DNA of 64,000 nucleotides from NCBI GenBank assembly GCA_045538555.1, contig JAZSRP010000036.1, positions 1,664 to 65,663 of the forward strand, in the 5' to 3' direction. Position 1 is the stretch's first letter; the number at the start of each line of letters is the position of its first letter. This document shows, piece by piece, positions 54,857 to 62,679 of this stretch. The position numbers were made by a program, and so were the translations under genes. Under the pieces are notes generated by a model. The model searched no databases and was not told the origin of the DNA. It saw only the letters and a program-made list of their open reading frames with translations. This DNA is from Eubacteriales bacterium. Lineage in GTDB: Bacteria; Bacillota; Clostridia; Oscillospirales; CAG-382.

Positions 54857-55182
54857 AGGTTGCCGTAATTGGCTCACGCACTCTCAAGTGCAACAACATC
54901 GGTGATTATATCCCGGCGGAGACAACGCTGATCATCTCAGGCGGTGCCGAGGGAATCGACACCGAGGCAGAGAGATACGCCGACAGAGCAGGTATAAAAA
55001 AGCTCATTCTCCCTCCCGACTATGACTTGTACGGAAAGCAGGCACCATTGATACGTGACCGCATCATTGTAGATATGGCTGATATGGTGGTGGCGCTGTG
55101 GGACGGAGAATCCGCAGGAACCATGTTTTCTGTTTCCTACGCAAAGCAATCGGGTGTTCCCGTCAAGCTTTATATTCTGTAA
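54853..55182 (+). CDS. SLOG superfamily (DprA/SMF/YspA-like) small nucleotide-binding protein
   Basis: MKVAVIGSR, IISGGAEGID, APLIRD, VALWDGESAGT; ATGA overlap with the peptidase gene. Confidence 0.8.
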   Translation: MKVAVIGSRTLKCNNIGDYIPAETTLIISGGAEGIDTEAERYADRAGIKKLILPPDYDLYGKQAPLIRDRIIVDMADMVVALWDGESAGTMFSVSYAKQSGVPVKLYIL

Positions 55183-55186
55183 CATC

Positions 55187-55229
55187 AAAAAACGGATCAT
55201 ACCCCTTTTGGGGCAGGATCCGTTTTTTT
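55187..55229. terminator. Bidirectional intrinsic terminator
   Basis: AAAAAACGGATC...GATCCGTTTTTT between convergent operons. Confidence 0.8.
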
Positions 55230-55230
55230 G

Positions 55231-56532
55231 TTATCTGATTATATCCAAAACGGAGGGCTCGCGTCTGGGAGGAATGGGCTCAATTGTAACAGAAGAAAGA
55301 TATTTTTTTATTGACGGCTCAAACAGCTCCTTTTTTTCGCCAAACACTGTTGCGATTGGTTCCCCTGCCAAAACAAAATCGCCATAGGTTTTTTGTATCA
55401 CAATGCCCGCCGAAGGATCGATAGCATCCTCTTTTGCGGCTCTGCCCGCTCCCAAAATCATTGCAGCAATACCAACTCCCTCCGTGTCGATTTTTGTCAG
55501 GAATCCCTCACGGGGCGAAACCACCGTCTCTGAATAAGCAGCAACACCAAAGCTATCGCTTTCAAGCACAGAAACATCTCCACCCTGTGCAGATATCCAC
55601 TCACAGAATTTTTTGTACGCACTTCCGGAGGAGATGCACTCGGTCACCATGGACTCGCTTTTTTCTATCTCTATTCCAAGCGTTAGGGCAACCAGCTCCG
55701 ACGCAAGGCGGTGGCAGACAGTATACAAGGGTGTATCTGTCTCTCCTCCGCGCAGCAGAGAAACCGCTTCTTTTACTTCCAGTGCGTTTCCCACTGTTCT
55801 GCCGAGAGGAACATCCATATTTGTCACTACTGCACAGACGTTTCTGCCGTTTGATTTTCCGATAGAAACCATTTTTTGTGCCAGCTCCAGTGCCATAGAG
55901 TGTTCTTTTGCAAAAGCACCGCTTCCCGTTTTTACGTCAAGAACAATATTCTTCGAACCGCCCGCCAGCTTTTTGCTCATGATGCTCGATACTATCAGAG
56001 GAACACTGTCCACCGTGGCGGTAACGTCTCGGAGAGCATACAGTTTTTTGTCAGCCGGAACAAGGGTGCTGCAGGCGGACGTGACTCCGATACCGATTTT
56101 TTGAACCTGATCCCAAAGCTTTTTTGGAGTAAGATCGGTATCAAATCCGGGTATGGACTCCAGCTTGTCAATGGTTCCGCCGGTATGTCCCAGACCTCTG
56201 CCGGACATTTTTGCAACCTTGCATCCCAGAGCCGCCGCAACGGGCGCCACCACAAGGGTGGTCTTGTCACCGACACCTCCCGTACTGTGCTTGTCCGCCG
56301 TAAGATCACCAAAAGAAGAAAGATCCACCATCTCCCCTGATTCTGCCATAAGTGCAGTAAGAACGGAGGTCTCTCTGTCCGTCATTCCGTTGCAGCAAAC
56401 TGCCATCAGCAATGCCGAAAGCTGATAATCCGGAATCTCACCCGACACCACACCGGAAACAAAAAAACCGATCTCCTCGTCCGTCAGCTCATGTCCGTGT
56501 CGTTTTTTTGTGATTATTTCGTACATTCTCAT
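55231..56532 (-). CDS. pdp: Pyrimidine-nucleoside (thymidine) phosphorylase
   Basis: DKHSTGGVGDK, KMSGRGLGHTGGTIDKLE, YALRDVTATV, SIMSKK. Confidence 0.97.
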   Translation of the reverse strand: MRMYEIITKKRHGHELTDEEIGFFVSGVVSGEIPDYQLSALLMAVCCNGMTDRETSVLTALMAESGEMVDLSSFGDLTADKHSTGGVGDKTTLVVAPVAAALGCKVAKMSGRGLGHTGGTIDKLESIPGFDTDLTPKKLWDQVQKIGIGVTSACSTLVPADKKLYALRDVTATVDSVPLIVSSIMSKKLAGGSKNIVLDVKTGSGAFAKEHSMALELAQKMVSIGKSNGRNVCAVVTNMDVPLGRTVGNALEVKEAVSLLRGGETDTPLYTVCHRLASELVALTLGIEIEKSESMVTECISSGSAYKKFCEWISAQGGDVSVLESDSFGVAAYSETVVSPREGFLTKIDTEGVGIAAMILGAGRAAKEDAIDPSAGIVIQKTYGDFVLAGEPIATVFGEKKELFEPSIKKYLSSVTIEPIPPRREPSVLDIIR

Positions 56533-56553
56533 AGCTATTCTCCAAAACAGAAC

Positions 56554-56961
56554 CTATTCCATACTGTTTTTATCAAACCCGTGAGGCAAAAGGTCTGAAA
56601 GTCTATATTCATTATATCCGTCGTCCGTCACCAGCAGAACCGGCATATCGTCCGAGCAAAACTCGCTCATCACCTGACGGCAGACACCGCAGGGCGGAAA
56701 CTCGCCTTTTATCACCCCGCCTTTTCCTCCTGCCACCGCAATTGCCAAAAAACCACGTTTTCCTTCGCTGACTGCTTTGAATATTGCAACACGCTCGGCA
56801 CATACTGTGGGAGAAAATGATGCGTTTTCAATATTACAGCCCGTAAAAACCGTGCCGTCGTCACACAAAAGAGCCGCTCCGACAAAATAACCCGAATACG
56901 GTGCGTAGGCAGATCTTGCCACCTCGCGGGCAAGGAGCGAAAGTTTTTCAAAATCCATCAT
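56554..56961 (-). CDS. cdd: Cytidine deaminase (homotetrameric type)
   Basis: AYAPYS, GCNIENAS, CAER, PCGVCRQ. Confidence 0.97.
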   Translation of the reverse strand: MMDFEKLSLLAREVARSAYAPYSGYFVGAALLCDDGTVFTGCNIENASFSPTVCAERVAIFKAVSEGKRGFLAIAVAGGKGGVIKGEFPPCGVCRQVMSEFCSDDMPVLLVTDDGYNEYRLSDLLPHGFDKNSME

Positions 56962-57614
56962 TTTTTGCCCTCCAGCTCTCTTACCATCCCGATGATCCTG
57001 CTGGTGCCCAGGCGGGATGCGCCAAGGGATATAAAATCAAATGCATCCTCAAGGGTTTTTATGCCCCCCGCCGCTTTTACCAAAAGGCCTTTTGGTGCAT
57101 TGGCAGCAAGAAGCGCAACGTCCTCACGGGTTGCTCCCCATTTTGAAAAACCCGTGGAGGTCTTGATAAAATCCGCACCTGCAGAATGTACCACAGAGCA
57201 AAGAGCGATTTTTTCTTCATCGGTCAACAAGCAGGTCTCTATGATGACCTTGAGTATACCGTTTTTGCAGTTGTCACGAACCGCCTCAATCTCCGATTTT
57301 ATCAGATCAAGCCGCCCCTCCTTTGCCCATCCGATATTGATGACCATATCAATCTCGTCAGCGCCTTCGGATACAGCGCGGGCAGTCTCAAGTTTCTTTT
57401 CAAAATTATATCCGCAGGGAAAACCCACCACGGTGCATACGGGCAGGTTGTCAGAAAGTATCTTTTTGGCAAACCCAACAAAAGACTGGGGAATACATAC
57501 CGACGCCACACCATACTCCAGCCCCTCTCGGCATATAGTCTCAATTTGTTTTTGGGTGGAATCCGGTGCCAAAAGCGTATGATCTACCTTTTTGAGAATA
57601 TTTTTCAGTTCCAT
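56958..57614 (-). CDS. deoC: Deoxyribose-phosphate aldolase
   Basis: DHTLL, VVGFP, EIDMVIN, KVIIET, FIKTSTGF, KAAGGI, RLGTS. Confidence 0.97.
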   Translation of the reverse strand: MELKNILKKVDHTLLAPDSTQKQIETICREGLEYGVASVCIPQSFVGFAKKILSDNLPVCTVVGFPCGYNFEKKLETARAVSEGADEIDMVINIGWAKEGRLDLIKSEIEAVRDNCKNGILKVIIETCLLTDEEKIALCSVVHSAGADFIKTSTGFSKWGATREDVALLAANAPKGLLVKAAGGIKTLEDAFDFISLGASRLGTSRIIGMVRELEGKK

Positions 57615-57678
57615 ATCAATTCCCTCCTCGTTATGTCACAAAGCCGAAAGCGATATACACTTTCGGCTCAAAAAACTT

Positions 57679-58158
57679 TTAGTTGATACTGCCTCTCTGC
57701 ATAGCGGTAACACCCGTTCGGGAGATTTCCACCACACCGTAGGTTTTCATCATGTCAAAAAATGCTTTTGTTTTTGATTCCTCGCCGGAGATCTCAAATA
57801 TCAGACTGTCGGGACATACGTCAACGATTTTTGCTTTGAAAATCTCCGCAACTCCTTTTATGGTCTCTCGGGTGCTGTCATCCGCTCTGACCTTGACCAA
57901 AAACAGCTCTCTGCACACCGCATCGTCCAAAAGGCACACAGAAAGAACGTCAACAACCTTTGAAAGCTGCTTTCGGATCTGAGCAAGGGTATGCTCATCG
58001 CCAAAAAACTCAATGGTCATACGGGAGACCTTGGGATCATCAGTCTCGCCTACGGTCAAACTTTTTATGTTATAACCGCGGCGGGAAAACAGACCCGAAA
58101 TTCGGGTCAGCACACCAAAGTGGTTGTTCACAAAAACAGAAAGCAAGTAGTTTTTCAT
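57679..58158 (-). CDS. ilvN: Acetolactate synthase small (regulatory) subunit
   Basis: VNNHFGVLTRISGLFSRRGYNIKSLTV, EISRTG. Confidence 0.93.
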   Translation of the reverse strand: MKNYLLSVFVNNHFGVLTRISGLFSRRGYNIKSLTVGETDDPKVSRMTIEFFGDEHTLAQIRKQLSKVVDVLSVCLLDDAVCRELFLVKVRADDSTRETIKGVAEIFKAKIVDVCPDSLIFEISGEESKTKAFFDMMKTYGVVEISRTGVTAMQRGSIN

Positions 58159-59699
58159 ATCTTCTCCTGCATTACAAAATCAATGAGTATGGGTGCCTTT
58201 GTTTTGGCTGTATCGGCAAATGCTATTTCCAATTCTTTCAGATTGGTTGCTCTGACAGACATTATGCCGAAAGCGGAAGCAAGGGTGCAATAATCGATTT
58301 TTGGAGTATGGCAGGCAACGCATCTTCCGTCATACCGTTCCTTTTGCCATTCCTCAATCATACCCAGCAAGCCGTTGTTCATCACAAGCTGAACAACAGG
58401 AAGTTTGTACAACGCTACGGTGGCAAGCTCCTGCAAATTCATATTGAAGCTGCCGTCACCTGCGATATTTACCACCCGACGGGATTTGTTTCCCAAAGAT
58501 GCTCCAATGGCGGCAGGAAGCCCGTAGCCCATGGCTCCAAGTCCTCCGCTGGTAAGAAAATCTCCGGCTCTTTTGACAGTCAGACCTTTGCAGGCACCGA
58601 CCTGATGCAATCCAACCTCCGTGCTGAAAATGGCATCGGGGAAATATCTGTTGAGAAGTGAAAAAACCGTCTCCTCACTCTTTTTTGTGTTATCTCTGAA
58701 AATACGCGCTTCCTGATTTCGGTCCTCAACCAAGGGCAAAAGCGATTGCAATACCCTTTTTGCATCCCCTGTCAGAGAGTAGAGCGTCAACAGATTTTTG
58801 TCGATCTCCGCCTCGTCAATATCTATCTGCAATATGGGACAATCAGGATTTCTTTGCACGGTTTTTATCATTCTGTCAGAAAATCTGGTACCAATCGCCA
58901 CAAAAAGATCCGCCTGCAAAAACAGTTCCTCAGTCTGAGGGTCTGCATTGTTGCCAACCAAGCCGCAATAATTGCCGCTTGTACCGTCAAAAGCACCTAT
59001 CCCCATTGCAGTAGAAGCCACAGGGCAGTTGAGTTTTTTTACAAGCTGTGCTATCTCCTCGGCCGCTCCCGACGCAACCGCGCCGCCGCCAACACAGATA
59101 AACGGATTTTTTGACGCATTGAGCAACCCGGATGCTGCATGAAGATCACCTATTATTTCGTCTTTTTGGGATACTGTTTTTTTTAGATCAAGATATTTTG
59201 TATCTTCCTCAAAAATATTACAGGGCACATCTACCAGCACGGGGCCTTTTCTGCCTGTGGAGGCAATATAAAACGCCTCTGTGAGAGTTGATTCCAGCCG
59301 GGAAACGGATTTTACAATAAAATTGTGTTTTGTGATGGGCATGGTGACTCCTGCAATGTCCGTTTCCTGAAAAGCATCCGTGCCCAACAGGGCCAGCGGA
59401 ACATTGCCGGTGATCGCCACCAGAGGAATGCTGTCCATATATGCATTGGCAATCCCTGTCACAAGATTTGTTGCGCCGGGACCGCTGGTGGCAATACATA
59501 CCCCCACCTTGCCCGTGGAGCGGGCATAGCCGTCGGCGGAAAAAGCACAAAATTCTTCCTGCGTGTTCATAACAAACCGCAGCTTTTTTTCGCGGGCAAT
59601 GGCATCGATCAGCGGCAGAATGCTGGCGCCGGGATAACCAAAAACCGTATCAACACCATGGTTTATGAGGCATTTTGCGGTTATTTTTGCTCCGTTCAT
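58155..59699 (-). CDS. ilvB: Acetolactate synthase large subunit (ThDP-dependent), divergent
   Basis: FGYPGA, TSGPGATN, DAFQETD, SGGLGAMGYGLPAAIGA, GDGSFNMN...NN. Confidence 0.88.
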   Translation of the reverse strand: MNGAKITAKCLINHGVDTVFGYPGASILPLIDAIAREKKLRFVMNTQEEFCAFSADGYARSTGKVGVCIATSGPGATNLVTGIANAYMDSIPLVAITGNVPLALLGTDAFQETDIAGVTMPITKHNFIVKSVSRLESTLTEAFYIASTGRKGPVLVDVPCNIFEEDTKYLDLKKTVSQKDEIIGDLHAASGLLNASKNPFICVGGGAVASGAAEEIAQLVKKLNCPVASTAMGIGAFDGTSGNYCGLVGNNADPQTEELFLQADLFVAIGTRFSDRMIKTVQRNPDCPILQIDIDEAEIDKNLLTLYSLTGDAKRVLQSLLPLVEDRNQEARIFRDNTKKSEETVFSLLNRYFPDAIFSTEVGLHQVGACKGLTVKRAGDFLTSGGLGAMGYGLPAAIGASLGNKSRRVVNIAGDGSFNMNLQELATVALYKLPVVQLVMNNGLLGMIEEWQKERYDGRCVACHTPKIDYCTLASAFGIMSVRATNLKELEIAFADTAKTKAPILIDFVMQEKI

Positions 59700-59717
59700 G
59701 CTTTTCCCTCCTTTTTG

Positions 59718-62438
59718 TCAGTCTTTCTTGTCTGTTTCGGGCTCCGACGGTTCGTCTTTGGATTCGCCCAAATCAAAAGGTACGGACGTTACCTCAACGG
59801 GAGAGTTGTCATCCCGCTCTTTTTCCTGCTGTTCTTTGGCAAGAATCTGTTTTTCTTTTGAGGACAGATCGTTTGCTCCGCAATCATCATAATAGTCCGA
59901 TGCAAAGAAGACCGTGTCCGCCTTGTGTTTTTTGAATCTGAAATACGCAAGATATGCAACAAACAGCACAAATGCCGCCAACGAGATCCAGAGCCCGCCG
60001 GGGAGGCGAATATCTTTCTCGGCAATGGTCACAGTGCCGCCAACCGCAAAGCCCGGTGTTTTGTAATCAAACACGATCTCGTTTTGACCCACGCCGCATT
60101 CTACGGCAACAAATCCGCCGGTGACTCTCAATACCTCTGCTTCTTTTCCGTTGACAGTGGCATACCAGCCGTCCTGCTCATAGGGAACACTAAAGAACAC
60201 CACGTTTGGCGTTTCCAGCGTGATGGAAGCATTGAATCCCGAGGAAGAATACTCAAAATCGCTGCAAGCCATCTGCTTGCGCTCGTCCACAGAGTTTTCA
60301 AAGGTGGTGGCATTTGCCGCCGCTTTGTCATCTGCAAAAACCTGTGACATAAACTGCGAGTAATACTCCGCTTTGTTGTCGGGAACAATGAGATACTTGC
60401 AGAGATACAAGTGTCTGTTGGACTTTGAGATTTTGTTAAACTCTGTTGCGGTCATAAACTCCGTATACGCAAATCCCATAGGAAGATAATTTGTGTTTTC
60501 ATAAATATCGTACCCGTTTTGGGTGTCAACGTACACAAATCCCTGAACCTTGTGCTTTTCGGAAACGCTTTGGGAAACGGTGACCTCTCCCGTCTCGGGA
60601 TTTGTGGATGAGGTCTCGGTGATCTTGCGTTTGTTTCTGACGCTTTCAATAAATGAATAGCGGACAGAAGTGAATGCACGGAGTCCGTACAGCGAGCTCT
60701 CGGGACGCGATCCCACAGAGCGTGTAACTCCGATCATAGGATAAAAATCCATCACGGAGGGAGGCACGATGGTGTGGAAGCACTCGATGGAGGGGTATCC
60801 CCAGTACAGTCCCAGATTGTCAAGAGTTGACAAGCTGCTGGTACGGTAAAAATCGATACGGTAAAACTCTTCTGACACGTCGGGAAGTTTTACTTCACCC
60901 TCAATGCATTGGTCCACAAGAAACGTGCTGGAATGGGAGTGTTGCTTTCCGTTTGTGATGTGCACGCATCCGTACAAAATGATCATAAAGGAAACGCAAT
61001 ACAAAACAGCCGTTTCAAATTGCTTGGTTCCTCTGTATTTTCGGATAAGCCAAGCAGTAAGAACGATGCCCAGAAGAGCGATGGCGGTATAAAGAATAAA
61101 TCTTCCGGTATAGGGCGGATAGCTGAGTCGGTACACGTAGGTTCCGCCGCTGTTTTTTGCATAATACCATCCCAGTCCGAGAGGAACTGCAACGATCACC
61201 ACAAAAAATGTCATCAGTCCGGTTGGCAGTGTCCATTTTGATCTGCGATCCTCAAGAGCAACCACAGTTGCCAGCACAAACATCATTATCATCATGTAGA
61301 GCCAGCGCGCGTAATAGGAGGTGTTGAACAAATAAAATATGCTGTTTAATAAGGGCACAAAGGTGCATACAGTCAAAAAAATGCAAAAACTCTTGAGCCA
61401 GGTGCGTTTTTTTACGGTAAACAGTGAGAACACACCGCTCATTGCAAACATGGGCAGGTACATAGATATGGATGCCCAGCGCTCCTCGTGACCGTTGAAA
61501 AAATTGACACGGGATGGGATATCAGGCGGAAAGAAATAGGACTCAAATATCTGTCCGTATCTCTGCCAATATAGCTTGTCGCCTTTCAGGTAGAGGAACA
61601 TTTTTTTCAGTTCTGAGAACGAGCGGTTGATGCGGGTGTTGCCCATTAGCGCAAGCGCACCCGGAAGGAACAAAAACATGCTCATCAAAAATCCCAGCAC
61701 TGCCTCCGCCACAAGCCACAAAAACTTTTTGAGAGTGATTTTGAAAGAGGGAGTGGAAAGACGGAACAGGAAATAGACGATGCAAAACACCGCCTGACCC
61801 GCAAACATAAAGTAGTTGATCAGCGCATTGATGGTGACTGAAATTCCAAATACGCCTCGCCTGTCGTTTTGGATCAGTTCCTCCATTCCGATGAGAAGCA
61901 GAGGGAAAAACGCAACCGAATCATGAAACTGATTGAAAAACGTGTTGTAGATCTGAAATCCGGAGAATGCATACAGCATCGCACCGATAACTGCATAATT
62001 CTTGTTTTTTACAAACCTTTGGAGATATGCGTATGCTATCACCGCCGCTACCATGTATTTGACCATGTACATGGGAGCCATGAGGTACGGCGCCCAAGTG
62101 GAGGGAAACGCACACATCAGCCAAAAGAAAGGGCTTCCAAGCATATAGTATGAATAGCTACCCGCAAAATTTGAGCCAAGATCCGTCAGCCAGTCCCAAC
62201 CAAAATTTCCGCTCCTAACCATCTCCACACAATGCTCGTAAAAGCATATCTGCTGAGCATTGTAATCACCGTAATACAAAAACACCGCACTGCCTGTTTT
62301 TACCAGCTCCACAAGTATAAACGGAATGGTGATTCCGGCAGAAATCACAAAAGACCACCACAGGATTTTTCGATAAAAATACCATGGGCTTTGGGGATCG
62401 AATTTGAATTTTGTTTTCAATGCATTCAGGGCTGTCAT
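59718..62438 (-). CDS. YfhO family membrane protein (GT-C type glycosyltransferase)
   Basis: GDYNAQQ, YYMLGSPF, LYAFSG, many TM helices, YENTNYLPMGF, FSVPYEQDGW.A.VNG, YKTPG. Confidence 0.9.
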   Translation of the reverse strand: MTALNALKTKFKFDPQSPWYFYRKILWWSFVISAGITIPFILVELVKTGSAVFLYYGDYNAQQICFYEHCVEMVRSGNFGWDWLTDLGSNFAGSYSYYMLGSPFFWLMCAFPSTWAPYLMAPMYMVKYMVAAVIAYAYLQRFVKNKNYAVIGAMLYAFSGFQIYNTFFNQFHDSVAFFPLLLIGMEELIQNDRRGVFGISVTINALINYFMFAGQAVFCIVYFLFRLSTPSFKITLKKFLWLVAEAVLGFLMSMFLFLPGALALMGNTRINRSFSELKKMFLYLKGDKLYWQRYGQIFESYFFPPDIPSRVNFFNGHEERWASISMYLPMFAMSGVFSLFTVKKRTWLKSFCIFLTVCTFVPLLNSIFYLFNTSYYARWLYMMIMMFVLATVVALEDRRSKWTLPTGLMTFFVVIVAVPLGLGWYYAKNSGGTYVYRLSYPPYTGRFILYTAIALLGIVLTAWLIRKYRGTKQFETAVLYCVSFMIILYGCVHITNGKQHSHSSTFLVDQCIEGEVKLPDVSEEFYRIDFYRTSSLSTLDNLGLYWGYPSIECFHTIVPPSVMDFYPMIGVTRSVGSRPESSLYGLRAFTSVRYSFIESVRNKRKITETSSTNPETGEVTVSQSVSEKHKVQGFVYVDTQNGYDIYENTNYLPMGFAYTEFMTATEFNKISKSNRHLYLCKYLIVPDNKAEYYSQFMSQVFADDKAAANATTFENSVDERKQMACSDFEYSSSGFNASITLETPNVVFFSVPYEQDGWYATVNGKEAEVLRVTGGFVAVECGVGQNEIVFDYKTPGFAVGGTVTIAEKDIRLPGGLWISLAAFVLFVAYLAYFRFKKHKADTVFFASDYYDDCGANDLSSKEKQILAKEQQEKERDDNSPVEVTSVPFDLGESKDEPSEPETDKKD

Positions 62439-62505
62439 CGGCAGTTCCTCTCGTTATCGGCAGATTGATTCACCGTCAATCTTTTATTTGTATATAATCA
62501 CTGAT

Positions 62506-62534
62506 ATTTTACAACTCATACCAAAAAAAGTCAA
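62506..62534 (-). promoter_or_regulatory. Putative sigma-A promoter of the yfhO-ilvBN-deo operon
   Basis: TTGACT-17nt-TAAAAT. Confidence 0.65.
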
Positions 62535-62619
62535 TAGCAATCACGTCCAGCTTCTGCAATCAGCGGCAAAAACAGGTATTTTGTGCATTTTTTTACAGTG
62601 AAAAAATCTTTCTTTCTTC

Positions 62620-62649
62620 TTGACATACAACAGAATCATACTGTATCAT
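62620..62649 (+). promoter_or_regulatory. Putative sigma-A promoter of the amidase gene
   Basis: TTGACA-18nt-TATCAT. Confidence 0.55.
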
Positions 62650-62679
62650 ATACATAAGATTTTTTTTTTGGAGGAGCAG

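Noticed and set aside
54853-55182. DprA competence protein
   Set aside because: Only 109 aa; it has the SLOG core but lacks the SAM and C-terminal domains of DprA.
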